Of a stretch of 64,000 bases of DNA, positions 1-12,380 are shown piece after piece (position 1 is the stretch's first letter; each line of letters starts with the position of its first letter). This DNA comes from Tubulanus polymorphus (lineage: Eukaryota; Animalia; Nemertea): contig NC_134029.1 in NCBI RefSeq assembly GCF_964204645.1, positions 8,334,850-8,398,849 of the forward strand, given 5' to 3'. The notes below the pieces were generated by a model that was not told the DNA's origin, did not search any database, and worked only from the letters and a program-made list of their open reading frames with translations. The translations under genes and the position numbers were made by a program.

Positions 1-455
1 TAGATCCGTATACCGTACGGAATTTAGCTTACGCGTCTTAGAGTTAGTAGAAATTCGGGGGGGGGGATAGGTGAATTTTCTCAGAAAGCGCCGCATCATC
101 CGCATGACTCCGAGTACAGCTATCTACGCTATTCTCGATTCCGTGAAAATGCAGCCATTATTAAAGTCATTATTAAAGGAACACACAAGGTATGCAGGAC
201 CAGACGCCCGATATACATGCACATCATCGGGGAGTGTTTTTCTCGACTGCTAAGCAATCTTGAGGGAATCATCGATCATTAAATGTGAGTTGAACAGTCT
301 TCTGTCATCATCATCAATATGTTTGACAGTCGAGGTGGAGTTGTATATGTTTAAGTTGGAACTTCACCATCGATCCTCGGTTGACTATTAGCTTATTGAA
401 AACTTAAGATGGCTGACGATTGGTCTTACATTTTTGATCCGGTTGAATTTTTCAA

Positions 456-786
456 AACAAGCCATAGGTGACAACGGTACTCGGTAACAGGCTCGAACTC
501 CGAAATTACCATTGCATTTTGGATACGTTGTATCTAAAGGCAATAGAACAATTTTGTAAAGACAACTTTTTGAATCTCGACCCTGTTCCTGAAAAACAGC
601 TTATAGTGCCTAGTTTGCACTGGACCCATTCTTGCACTGCCCAACTAGCATTGTACTAACATTGTACCCAAGTTTCATCAAGATCAACCCACAAGTAGCC
701 GAAAGACAGACACATACACAGCCACACAGTACATAAGGGTCTCACGGAAGAACCAATAGGGTTAAAATTCCCTCAGAACTAAAAAA
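456..786 (+). mobile_element. Helentron/HINE-like non-autonomous element (family H1, copy 1)
   Basis: Starts AACAAGCCATAGG, aligns over ~170 bp with 54157-54360, contains CAAGTTTCATCAAGATC and a GACA/CA-like tract, ends GAACTAAAAA. Superfamily is inferred from this architecture. Confidence 0.55.
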
Positions 787-1174
787 TCTTGACTGAGTGA
801 CTGGGCGTCCAGATATTAAACAATCGAAAATCAACTTTTCTTATTTGACTCCATAGCCTTCAGTTTTTTTTTCTTTTCTGAACTGCGAGGATACAACTTA
901 AGATAATTGATTTTGAGAAAGACATGAAAATTACATTTATTCCTACAATATTGTTCCCCCAAATGTAGGTAGAAGCAAATTTGATTTTCCAGCCCACTCA
1001 TTCAATCTTCGTAAAATCCTTTGTTTCGTACATGACGTATTACTTCAATTACATTAAAATGAAAAAATGTCATTTCCGATCAACGCACAAATGCTGAATA
1101 AAAGTAATTACTAATTTTTCAAACTAAGTGAAAAACAGAAAAAATCTCTACTCTACTTTGATACTGTTCTTGTG

Positions 1175-1565
1175 GCAAACCTGTGCACCAGGTCTAGTGG
1201 GGCAGGGTTTTGTGCTGTGGCTGTTGGACAAGGCCGGTACCAAGTTATAACACGGGTCAAATTATTCTGAGTGAATGCTAACCGGTTCTGGAAGTGACTC
1301 ATCTAACTTGCGACAGCATGATTTTGATAGCATCTTAAGTAACGAGTGATTTATGTCTTAACTTAACTTTATGTCTTAACTTAGGGCTTTCTAACTAAGC
1401 ACGGGCCAAATTTAGTTTAAGTTTCAGTTTAGTTTATTTGCGCAACAATAAATACAATTGCACAGAGCACAAAATGTATAAATTCAATACATATTATACA
1501 AATACTAATAATTAATATGTGGGCCTGTTTGAACCGGGGAAAATCGTCTACCTGTGATCGCGGCT
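1175..1565 (+). mobile_element. Degenerate copy of AGCCGCGATCACAC-TIR MITE (family M1)
   Basis: Shares CACGGGTCAAATTATT...GGAAGTGACTCA, GCACGGGCCAAATTT and the 3' TIR TGTGATCGCGGCT with other copies; interrupted by AT-rich inserts. Confidence 0.65.
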
Positions 1566-1899
1566 AATGTTTACACTTATACCGAGATAAAGTTAGCTCG
1601 GGTAAGGAGAGCGCGGAGAGGAAAGATCATTGACGTATCCAAATAATCTTCACGTGGTCCCTCCTTAGTGAATCATACATGAACAACCACAGTCAGTTCG
1701 ATAGTTCATCAATGACATATGTAGTACCGCTATTAGTCACTAGGTGTCATTCATACCGGTGATTAATCACGCGGCTATATTTACCCTAATGAGATACTGA
1801 AGATATGCTGCGTCTCTGTTGCGAAAATGTCAATTTTCCATAATCGTATATCAGGAAATAGGCTTTGAGCGGGTATCACATACCTGACTACCTCGGTAT

Positions 1900-2146
1900 C
1901 AAGTGGCAGATCCAGGGGGCGTGCAGTGGGCGCGCGAACCCCCTTTTCTCGGCAGTGGCCTTAGCATTTTATACCCAAGACTTTTTGTTTAGAAAATGGT
2001 GAAATTGTGAATATTATTTCCGTACAAATTTCGACCAAGAAAATGCTCAGAATGCGTCTAATTTTTCAAAATGTTCTGAATGAGCATACCCAGACCACGC
2101 CCCATACGTGCACGCCCCCTTTTCCGAAAAGCTAGATCTGCCCTTG
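1900..2146. mobile_element. MITE with GGCRGATCYAG-type TIRs (family M4)
   Basis: CAAGTGGCAGATCCAG ... CTAGATCTGCCCTTG inverted ends; GGTAT(C) occurs on both sides. Confidence 0.65.
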
Positions 2147-3295
2147 GTATCTACCTTCGTAGTAATTTTCACCACAGTTTAACATCTGAAATAGTGGTTT
2201 AATCGGAAATGAGCTAGAATTATTCTGATTTTGATGAAATCTCTTGGAGTTATTGAGCTCTTGAAAGAGCAGAAACTACTCTCGAATAGTAGTGGTAGTC
2301 AGGTCTGTGGTATCGAAAGCATTTTTCTGAAAATTGAAACGGTAAGGCGAGGCTTTCGAAGGAATTTCTGCGGTCGAAATTCCAATCATTTCATTCATGC
2401 CCGACTTAAAACAATATACAACGTAGTTTAGGAATACGCATCATCCGCGATAGTTTTTGCGTGCGTTTTGATTAAAAAGCAAAATCTCAAGCAACGTAGT
2501 TGTATGAGTATTGGACAAGGCATAACCAGTATTTAAATAGCGGGGATAGATAGATTGTTCAATATTCACATTCTTTCAATCCTTACAATTTTGTGGAATA
2601 TTTCTAGGCTAGTATTCTGGTCAACTTGAATAATCAAAACAAAATGGTAAACTTCTTATTTCTTCTATAATATTCCTTTAACGGGTCAAAATGCCATATT
2701 TTGTTGATGGATAGAAGGATAGATTTGAAGTCCCCAAAATGTGCTCAAATTGCATCCCAGAGCCGTAGGGGGAATGTCCCCAGTAATGAGCTATAAAATA
2801 GGCATGCTTCCAAAATAGAGCAGTACTCAGAAATCTAGGCTAGATGCTTCCCTTTTAACCTGGCCTAAACTCTAATCCTTCACCATATTCCCAAAGCTGG
2901 CGTTAATATAGCCGCTATGTACTGACGTGTTATGTTTTCTACGAAGAAATTTGAAAAAAAAAAAAAATGAAAACTGGTGCATTTTTTCGGTTCGCGTTTC
3001 GGATATCGTCGAAAACAACCATCGCCCGCGATCGATAATCGCTCCATAATCGACGACGAAACCAACCCGGATGACGCGCTTTCACCCGAAACCTCGTCGC
3101 CATCATCATCATCGTCGTCGTTCTTCTCATACGAAAATCTCGGCTGCAAACACGATAATTCCTCGGCTAAGCAGATTGGATCCATTCGTGTCTGAGCCGC
3201 CTGATGATTCGTCTACATCTTGTATTAGTTACGAGGTATTTACTGGTATGGTACACCGGAGTTGTTACGGATACCATACGCGCTGCGCACGTGTA

Positions 3296-3431
3296 CAGCG
3301 AAACCTGCAGCCAACTTCGCAGGAACAAAAAAATATGAAATTAATCAAATTTTCTTACTTGGGACAAAATTTTATATTTCTTATATCCGATGAATCGTTG
3401 TATCAGAGGTCGTCGTAAGGAGGTTCCACTG
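3296..3431. mobile_element. pogo/Tc1-mariner-like MITE
   Basis: TA|CAGCGAAACCT ... AGGTTCCACTG|TA: inverted termini with TA duplication. Confidence 0.6.
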
Positions 3432-3748
3432 TATGTACATACGGATGTATTTTATGTACGGTGTGGGGAAGGATTAATCAAAAATGTGCACGTCCGTCCA
3501 CGCGCCTGGTAATTGAAATGCATAGGCGTAGTCGTCGTGGCACTATCCTTGAACTATTAGTTAATCGAAATGATAATCGAGTTATCTCCCGCCGATGCGA
3601 GCTTGCCGACAATGGCGAGAACTCGTAAACAGACGACTCGCGGAAAAAAAAACATCGATACGTATAGTCTTACGAGATCGATATTAACACGATTAATATT
3701 CATACTCAATACATGTCTACAATGCAGTTTTTATTCCACGGAGGAGGT

Positions 3749-4210
3749 GACCTTCTCGGGGAATCCTCAAACTTGCTAGCAAACTGAGGACTGCTCAGCA
3801 AGCAATCAATAGATGACCCTGGGGCTGGTTCCTTAGATGAGACTTAAGTCCAAAAATTGTCTTAACTTTTAAGACTGGTCTTAAGTTGTTAAATCAGTTA
3901 TAGAACTAAGATGGTCTTGAATAGGTCTCAAAGTCTAAGCCATGACTATGGAACTGGGCCCTGTAGTCTAGATGGTTGATGAAGCTGTCATTCGAGTTTC
4001 AGTTTATTTGTTATAAGTTTGTTTATAGTTATAGGCCTTAGACATATTCTCGTTCCATTGAGGTGGTCGCCTTCTTCAAAGGAATTCTCAAACTTGCTCG
4101 CAAGCCGAGGACAGCTCATCAAGCAATCGATAGATGACCCTGTGTCTAGATGGTTGATGAGGCTGTCGTTAGTTAGGTAGCTATTATCTTCAATTCGAGT
4201 TTCAGTTTAC
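3749..4210 (+). repeat. Diverged local tandem duplication, first copy interrupted by a MITE
   Basis: GGAATCCTCAAACTTGCTAGCAAACTGAGGACTGCTCAGCAAGCAATCAATAGATGACCCTG..GTCTAGATGGTTGATGAAGCTGTC recurs at about 4081-4168. Confidence 0.85.
3822..3960. mobile_element. PIF/Harbinger-like MITE with CTG target duplication (family M2)
   Basis: CTG|GGGCTGGTTCC ... GGAACTGGGCC|CTG; the paralogous empty site GATGACCCTGTGTCTAG lies at 4133-4149; related copy at 62988-63088. Confidence 0.85.
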
Positions 4211-5739
4211 TCAGGACATAGCTATTACCCTCAGCCGTATGCCGAGAGAGTCTTAATCGCCTAGACATAACGACTTATTTCTGCTAAAACCATCATAATC
4301 GTGATATAAGACGCTGATAAACCGCTAGCTGAGCTGAATAACACAGACCAATATATCGCCGGGAATATTAAGAATTTCCTCTTCATAACGCGCCACTTCC
4401 AAAGTGGCCTCGCCGTCAAACTTGTTCAACGTTTCCTGTAGGTTGATTAGTTGTCAGGCGGCGTATACCTGGTCGTCATTGAGCTGGTCGTCGCGGCGAA
4501 ACGCCAACCGACGACCACCGCCGGCTATACGTATTATACCATAATACGGCCATTTCTATGCATGCAACCGGACCACAACAGGAATCAAGGAGGCAGTTAA
4601 GATGGACATTCGCCACCGTTGGTCATCACACCAGCGGAAATGGATCGATTGGTGGTTTTCTTTTCGATGTCGGTAGTTTTTATGAAACCGTAGACGCGAT
4701 AAAGCGATTTTCAAGCTCAGCGAGCGAGGGGTGTATATACTATATAAGCCCGCTGCTGAAACAGCCAGCGTAGGTGCAATAGGAGAATTCTAAGCCAAAC
4801 GATAATTACTGATGAATGAAGGGACTGGACCCTAACGTATGAGTTCTGCAAACGCATGAGAAATTTTTTTTGAATGAAATTACAGTTGAAGTTGCAGAAC
4901 AGCTGAAAATGTAATTTAGGTTTCATCTAAGCTGGTCCGAGGATAAAACGAGTTAGATATGTCGAAATGACGTAACCTTTACTGTTCATATGTAAAATGA
5001 GCAGAGAAAATCATGAATCTAAATATTGTTATATCATTTCGACGAACTTATGTAAACCATAAAAAAAGACCGATCCAGAAGAATTACCATTTCTATTACA
5101 AATGACCATTTCTGTGCGCATGAATTGCTCTTAATTACTTGTCAATCATAATCTTCCATTGAGCAAGTGATAACAGCAGATTTATAAAGTTTGGCCCGTT
5201 TTTGATAAGTTCATTCCAGGTCGGTCTAGGCCAAATAAGAATGCACTACATTTAACCATAGATTCTAGCAAGAGTGTGGTTGTTGTATTACTATGAATTA
5301 CAAAATTTTAAGATGCCATTTAAAAGGGGGCCCCTAGAATACAGTCCGTAAGCTTTGACTGTCCATACAATATACCAATATTTAAATTGGTGATTATTTA
5401 TTCATTTTACATATGTACAGTAAACATTTCCTAATTTGGGCGCGTTCAACTCGGTTCTTTGCTTAACACGGACCTTATGTATACTTTTCCTTTATCTTCA
5501 GCGTTATTAGTCTCTTGCATAGAAGAGAATTCTATCGAATCGAATCGTATACGAATCTAACAATGTGGTTTCAATTTGTCCACAAGTTAGGTAAAGATTA
5601 CATTAGCATAATGAAAAGTAAACGTATCGTTGCCTTATCGTGATTTCAATTGTCCCTCTGTCAACAGATTTTTGATATTGCCAATTTGCTAGATTTTCCA
5701 GGGGTAAGCGCATAGTCTGAAATGGGGTAAGAATGGGAG

Positions 5740-6112
5740 ATGCCACATCCTACCATATAATGTAAACGATAATAAAAGATGACCACCCTGGTGGCCATAT
5801 GAAATGGCCGATAAAACCTCCATTTTCAATAGGAGTGGACATCTCACCTGCCCTGGTCCTCAGAAAACTCCATTCAGAGTCAAATGCTGTTATCGTGCGA
5901 TTAATTAAAGATGGCTGCCCTGGGGACATATTAGATGGTCCATATTACCTTCATTTTCACTAACGCTTGACATCTTTGCCCCATACGTCACACCATGTTC
6001 CAAAAATATTTATTCACATATGAAGCCTGTATCATAAATTCAAGATGGCCGACAGCCGGCGCACACTGATTAAAATACGATGTCTAGCCCCAACAGGGAG
6101 ACATAAAAAAAC
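5740..6112 (+). mobile_element. HINE-like element with tandem AAGATGGCTGCC core repeats and 3' hairpin
   Basis: AAAGATGACCACCCTGG, AAAGATGGCTGCCCTGG and CAAGATGGCCGAC recur at ~130-bp spacing; terminal hairpin ATGTCTAGCCC-CAACA-GGGAGACAT then poly-A. 5' boundary uncertain. Confidence 0.5.
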
Positions 6113-7223
6113 ACCATTGTATACAAACGCAAAATTGAAAAAGCGAGTTCATCGCTACGCTACAATTGTTGTTTGCATCGGTGGTGAAGGTGGGAGAATT
6201 TCTGTAAAGGAAAAACTGGGTCTCATTACAGGTATCGTTTCATTACTCATAAAAAATAGAACGGCAGTTGTTCGAAATAAGTATCCTATTACAATACCGC
6301 GCTGTCATTCCTAAAATGCAGCAAGGTATCTGAAAAATGTCATGTGCAAATGAAATAAATTCCGAGTTAATGATTTGCAATTTGTACCGAGTACAGTCGA
6401 TCTTATTTGGGTATTTCGCGTCTTGTTTATGGATCATAAATATCCAATATATTTCAACCTCCCGGGACCGGCGGCAATTAGAGAATAAATTTATCAATAT
6501 AATAGTGAATTTAATACAACCGTCGGGTTTGAAGTCGAGTTGTTATTTCATTGTGTGCGTAGTCTGCTAGTGTGTTATGCTTGCCGGAACGCTAATGTAT
6601 ATCCCGTGTACGTTTTACACGCGGTCCCGCGCTTCGACTCTCGCTCGCTGCAACCATATTAAAACGCAATCTACTACCGTTTCAAGATCGGCGTAGAGTA
6701 ATTTGTCCAGCGCCGCGGATGGAAATGAGAAAACGAGTCATTCATTTAAAGCGCACGACACGCTCGCCGAAACGCGCCAGTCAGATCCCGGACAGCGATT
6801 TCGTGTCCATTAAGGCTTGTACTACAACCGGGACACTATTCGCCCGCACGGGTAATCCGGCGAGTGTCAGAAATGTCGAAACCCAAATGCCACCGACGAG
6901 GAAACTCTTAACTGTTATGAATGGTGTGCCAATATGTATGACTAAGATCTATTGGCGCGTAAGTCTTACCCCGAATCAAAAGGCTTCCGAAGGATATACG
7001 ACGAACAAGTCAACGAAATGATCAATTTGACCGATATTTCGGACGAATTATGTTTTTTTGCTCGTTATTTTCAGGTTTCTGCTACTAGGGTGTCATTTGC
7101 TAAAATGCCAATACCGTACAGACGCTGATGGGTTTCTTCGAGAAGACATTCTATAAACATCGCCATCGCGGGACCTTCACCCAAATTAAACTCTGCATAT
7201 TCAGCTGGACTTGTGTTGGCATT

Positions 7224-7567
7224 AGCCACGATCACATGAACATTTTTGACCCACATCAAATTAGGCCCGGAAAAACTGTTCACACGGGTGCCAAATGGTC
7301 CTGTGCCTGTTTGACCTGTGCGCCTGTTCAGTTCGACCAAAAACGTCGCACCAGGCCCGAGCCAAATTTTAGCAAGGGTCAAATCATTGGTGTTAATTGC
7401 AACTGGTTCCGGAAATGACTCACTTCGCTTTGTTTGAGCATTGTTTAGTATCCGGTGAGTGGTTTACGTATGAACCCTGCTCTCTAATTAGGCACGGGCC
7501 ACATTTGACTCTGTACTGATCCGTGTCAATTTAGCCCGGGCAAAATCGTCTCCGCGCGATCGCCGCT
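7224..7567 (+). mobile_element. MITE family M1, near full length
   Basis: AGCCACGATCACATG ... CGCGCGATCGCCGCT termini; body aligns with 57217-57530 and 58735-59046. Confidence 0.85.
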
Positions 7568-7866
7568 TTTATGTTCATTCGGTAGTGAACAACAATATAT
7601 GATACGACAAATCATCATAACTCAATCGTAAAATGAGCTAGCGAGATCCCCAGCTGCAAATCCCATCTACCTGATACAATGCTTATGTACGTTGATGCTG
7701 GTATAGTCAGCAGCGAGTTGGTAAGCCCTCGTATGGCCTTTTCGATACCATGCGTTATAGATGCGGTATATCAAATTTCGACAACGGTTATCTGAAGTTA
7801 TGTAATTTATGTCATCATCGAATGATACATATTTTCAAATCATACGATAACGTATTAAAGATTATG

Positions 7867-8032
7867 AGATACCCTCGGTGAAGAGGGAAACCGGGCCGAA
7901 ACATGAAGTCTATGCACTCAAATCCAGGGGCGAATCTAGGGTCTGATTTAAGATACCCTCGGTGAAGGGAAACCGGGCCGAAACATGAAGGCTATGCATT
8001 CAAAACCAGAGGCGAATCTAGGGTCTGATTTA
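7867..8032 (+). repeat. 84/82-bp tandem duplication spanning the left end of an M4 MITE
   Basis: AGATACCCTCGGTGAAG...GGCGAATCTAGGGTCTGATTTA at 7867-7950 and 7951-8032. Confidence 0.9.
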
Positions 8033-8263
8033 GGGAGGGGTGCACTCCTAAAATAAGGCACATCGTTTTATCAAAAGGGCTCCCCGAAAGAAAGCTCATT
8101 CCAAAATATCAACTCATTTTTGGAAATATCGAGGACAAGCTTATGAATTCGAACTTTTTTAGGTATCAGTTTAATTATATTCAATTTCTGATGAAATTTC
8201 ACTAGTTGACATTTTCAGGGGGGATTGCACACCCCTTGCACCCTCCTCTTGGATTCGCCCGTG
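8007..8263. mobile_element. MITE family M4
   Basis: CAGAGGCGAATCTAG ... TTGGATTCGCCCGTG inverted ends, with inner GGGGTGCA / TGCACCC repeats. Confidence 0.6.
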
Positions 8264-10587
8264 AAAAAGGGTACCGTTGACAAAAATCACAGGGTAAATC
8301 GATCAAATAGTTGTAAGGCAAGCTTGAACGATGACGTGAATGAAAAAAAAACGAAGATATGGACACGAGTTTGAAATTGAGGAATTCTTGAAAATGATGA
8401 ATCATAAAATGACTAGATGTTGCTTATTGATTCAAGATTCAAAAGCAATGAAAAACTGATAATCGTTCGTTGTATGTTTTTTGACGCCTTATAAAACGTT
8501 ACCATTATGAAACCTAAACAATGTTAACCATTCAGCGTCATTTTACAAACGACAGCCGTAAATCGATGTGCAAAACGTCACAGGTCTATGTGTACACAAC
8601 CAAGCTATCTGGCTTATTGACATAGATGTAGAATGGCTTCCTGTGATTATATAATGACCTATATTTGAACATCGAAATGTTATATTGCATTAAATATCAT
8701 GAGAAGACGTATTGTAATAGTAAAGGATGCATGATTATATCAGAAGCGGCAGGCATAAATAGAAATGATAAGTAAATTGGATTATTCGGTTAAATGGCGG
8801 ATGTATACACGATTTGGAAGTCTGATATAAAAGTCAGACCCTGACGTGGGCATGCCGGTGGAATGACGAAGCTATCTACGATGTGTGTAGGGCCGGCGTG
8901 AATTTCATCAGCGGCTACAAGCGGTCAATATGAAAATGTGTAAACATATAATTTCAATATTTACACGTTTTAGAAAATATGTTTGATATTAGGAGTATGC
9001 AGGTTTCGTGAGATTAGCAATTTATAATAGCATAGCTGTCATATACGGCTCCGCGTCCTCTGATGGCATGTGTATTAGGTGACAATTCAATTCAATTCTT
9101 TATTGATCCTTATTACATTGAAATTCTGGGATAAAATTCCCAAATTCAATAAATACAAATTTTAAAATAAATTAATACAACATACATGACACACGGGTAA
9201 TTCATACAGAACAACATAAGCATGTTATTTTAAATGACAATGTCTACTACAATGTTAACCCACCCAGACTCAAGACTCTAGGATATCGAGTGACAGCCAA
9301 ACCCGTGGCCCGGGACCGGGCCGGCTGGCTAGGCCACACGATTTGCTCGATGTCATGATGAAGCAGACATCAGAAGAGCTCTTTCTTCAACCATGGAGGC
9401 AATGAAGTTGCAGACCAGCTTAGAGGCATAAGTAAATGAAGTCGGTCGCAAGTTCGCGATCAATTATTGAGAATTTTCAATAAAAAAATTTAAACCACTA
9501 CTAGAGTCGAAGAGTCTCATCATTCCCCAAATTTCTTAAAACTTCGATTTCAAATTTGCAATTCCACATTAGCTTAGCCCAGAAATTCTACATTTTTTTC
9601 GCAGGCGTCAAATAATTTTCTAAAATTAATTTTCTTGTTCTAATCTGCTAGTCACCGACGTTATACCGGGAGTCAATTCACCAGGACCCACTTCCACAGT
9701 TGTAAGTTCGATTCAACTCTCGAGTCAAATCAGTTCATTCTCAGTTACTTTCTGACTTTCAGATAGATTTCAGTTTACGAAAACGATTTACTGAAAAACG
9801 TTTCGACGAAAGCCTACAACTTCGAACAATTACCACTACACCACAACCGTTTATACCATTAACCCGCGCCTTTACCAATAACCTGTGCCCAGCCAAATGG
9901 ACGAGAGTATTAGGCATATACTCCGGCATGTAAGTCCTTTATTACACGAAATACACTTTAGTGTGGCGTTAGCAGGCCACGGTGGCGAGTACAACTACAC
10001 GCCATTAACGTCCGCGACGATTGCGTATCAAGGATATTTGAGGACAGTCATTAACACTTCGAAAACGCGCAAATTCTATCGCGACGAGTCCACGTCGGAT
10101 TTTGTAGAATATTTTAAGTCCCGTTCGAGTATTAGCAGTAGCCAGTGACATCGCTGTCGGCATTTTCATAGCGTAGATCCGATAAGATTAATAACGAATT
10201 GGGGCGTGAATTTCTCACGGGGCCGACAAAACACTTTCGTTCGTTCGAAGCAGAGCAGCAAAATTCAATTCAACGCTGGTAACCGAAAGCTTCGATTAGG
10301 CGATGACGATAGATCGTCGGTTTGAAGAGGAGGCAGGATAACGACGACAACGAGTCAACTGTTTATTAATCATTCAGTGTTAAAAGGAATCATCAGGGAC
10401 GGCTCATTGAGTTAATGATAAGGGAATGAAGATTCGAAAAGTAGTCGTCGTGTATCACGGGACACACCTCAGAGAATGCTTAACTAGGAACGCTAAACGA
10501 AACGCGAAGTCGCGCTGTTTTCGTCCTGTCTCTTCCCTGAACCTATTGGTTACATCATGCGTACGCATGACGATGGCAAGACACATC

Positions 10588-10805
10588 CAGGGCGACTTGT
10601 AAGACTTGTACAAGTCCTATCAAATTCTTTTTTGAGTGCCATTTTGTCAACAAGATTTAGTGGTGCATTTCGGCGCAGGTATACGCTTTTAATGTTGCCA
10701 TCAAAGCGCCTTATATTCGTCACAATTAGCCTCTCAGTGCAGGAGTACGCCTTATATTGCCTTTTTGGAGTGCCCTTTGAGAATTAGCTTCTAGATCCGC
10801 CCCTG
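10588..10805. mobile_element. MITE family M4, degenerate left end
   Basis: Ends CTAGATCCGCCCCTG; internal GTGCCCTTT motifs also occur at 26620-26690. Confidence 0.5.
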
Positions 10806-11333
10806 AAATGGTTTTTCAGCTAATTAACCTAGTTAAGCTAGTTAACCTACCGATGTTTAACTTTAAACAAAATTGAATGAATTGAGGGAAAACGGGTGTC
10901 AGTGGGGGTTTGTCTGAAAGCCAACTCGGGTGGGTTGGTTATGAAACCATCACTGGCTGGCTGCATGCCTATACACACAGTTCTCTCCAGTTGCCGAGAT
11001 CACTATCCTTCTCCGTGACGTAAGCTAACCTTTTTCAGAACCGCTCCTCGGTAAGTTCTTGGGAAGTTTGCCTAATCAACTTTCACCTGCGTTTAACAAA
11101 TCGGTTTTAATGACCTTGTCAGCGTTTGAAATGTCGGCGTTTGAAATTCTCGTTATCGTATTCTGCAAGACAGCGGAAATTAATCATATCTTTCTTTTTG
11201 TTTTTAAACGTCGTCGATGACTAATTAAATGCGGAAATTTTAATCGAAAGATCACCTGCGACTAACTCAATTTCGATTAAAACTTGAGATAATTAGCGGA
11301 GTATTTTCTAGAAAAAAGTGGTCCCTTTCGTTA

Positions 11334-11742
11334 AGCTAAGCGTACATCGAGAAAGCGACTGGAGACAACTAGTTGCTCATGAGCGAGTACCTCGAAACAT
11401 CGAAAATCTAGTGAAAACCAGCATTTGAGTTTTCCCCAAATATTCTTGAGGCCATCTGATGTCAGGTGAGAAATTGCTTTGTTTTAGTCAGTTGTGCCAT
11501 TATGTTGTTGATTATGGAGCGCTCACATCGACGAATATGTCAGCAACTGAGTACAACTAGTTGCTCAAAAGTAGAACATGGGCAACTGGCTGGATTTGGA
11601 GATAGATGGAAGCTAACCAATCGTAAGCTAGCTCACATCGACAAATTCGAGCAACTGATTGCGTACAGCCAGTTCCTCTCATGCGCCAAAAACTGCCCGG
11701 CAACTAGTTGTCACCGATCGCAGTGTCGATGTACGCTAGGCT
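11334..11742. mobile_element. PIF/Harbinger-like MITE, ~40-bp TIRs, TTA target duplication
   Basis: TTA|AGCTAAGCGTACATCGAGAAAGCGACTGGAGACAACTAGTTGC ... GCAACTAGTTGTCACCGATCGCAGTGTCGATGTACGCTAGGCT|TTA. Confidence 0.85.
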
Positions 11743-12080
11743 TTATAAATTAAGGTTTAGAGTTGAATCCATTGATTTATCATTAACCCTTAATCATTGA
11801 AATATGTGAATTTGAAATAGTTTGTAAACTTTCAATTTTTGATTTTGATCAAAGGTTCAGCGACAAAATAACTACCAATATCTTCTAGGAGCATACATAC
11901 ATGGTCTCGTTGGCTTCACCGAATCCTATTGCAAGACAGTTTAGATTATAACTATTTAGATGTAGAACGAAACTGGTTCTTAAAACTAGCCCTGACTGTG
12001 GTGCAATTTGGCTTATGCATTCTAAAATCTGACGGATAATTTGTGAATAAACCTTCAATTTGGATTCTGGCTCTATCGTG

Positions 12081-12380
12081 CAACAGTGGAACTATATAGA
12101 GTTCCACCGTTGTGAGTTGGAGTTGAAATCAGTTCATTTTCAAATCTTTAACTCACAACTGCAGAACTGGATTCAGGACCCAGTTCCACAGTTGTCAGTT
12201 AAGATTTGACTCTAAGGTAAACTCAATGTGAACTGATTTTAACTAAGATTTATTCTAATTCAAAACTGTGGAACCGGGTCAAGTTCAACAGTTGTGAGCT
12301 AGAGTTAACTCCGAGTTGAATTCAGTTCATTTTAAATGAATGAACTCCGAGTCAAATCTCAACTCAAACTGTGGAACGGG
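12081..12380. mobile_element. Cluster of ~3 tandem palindromic MITEs (CCAGTTCCACAGTTGTGAGTT family, M3)
   Basis: Repeated AGTTCCACAGTTGTGAG ... CTCACAACTGTGGAAC units; the same family occurs at 9685-9740 and 39119-39226. Confidence 0.8.

Noticed and set aside
1797-1831. Hammerhead-like CTGAAGA...GAAAATGTC
   Set aside because: Three extra nucleotides after the core, mismatched stem II and no convincing stem I; likely chance.
2880-3418. Overlapping ORFs with poly-Asp/His/Ser runs
   Set aside because: Caused by a short (TCA/TCG)n tract; no splice or homology support.
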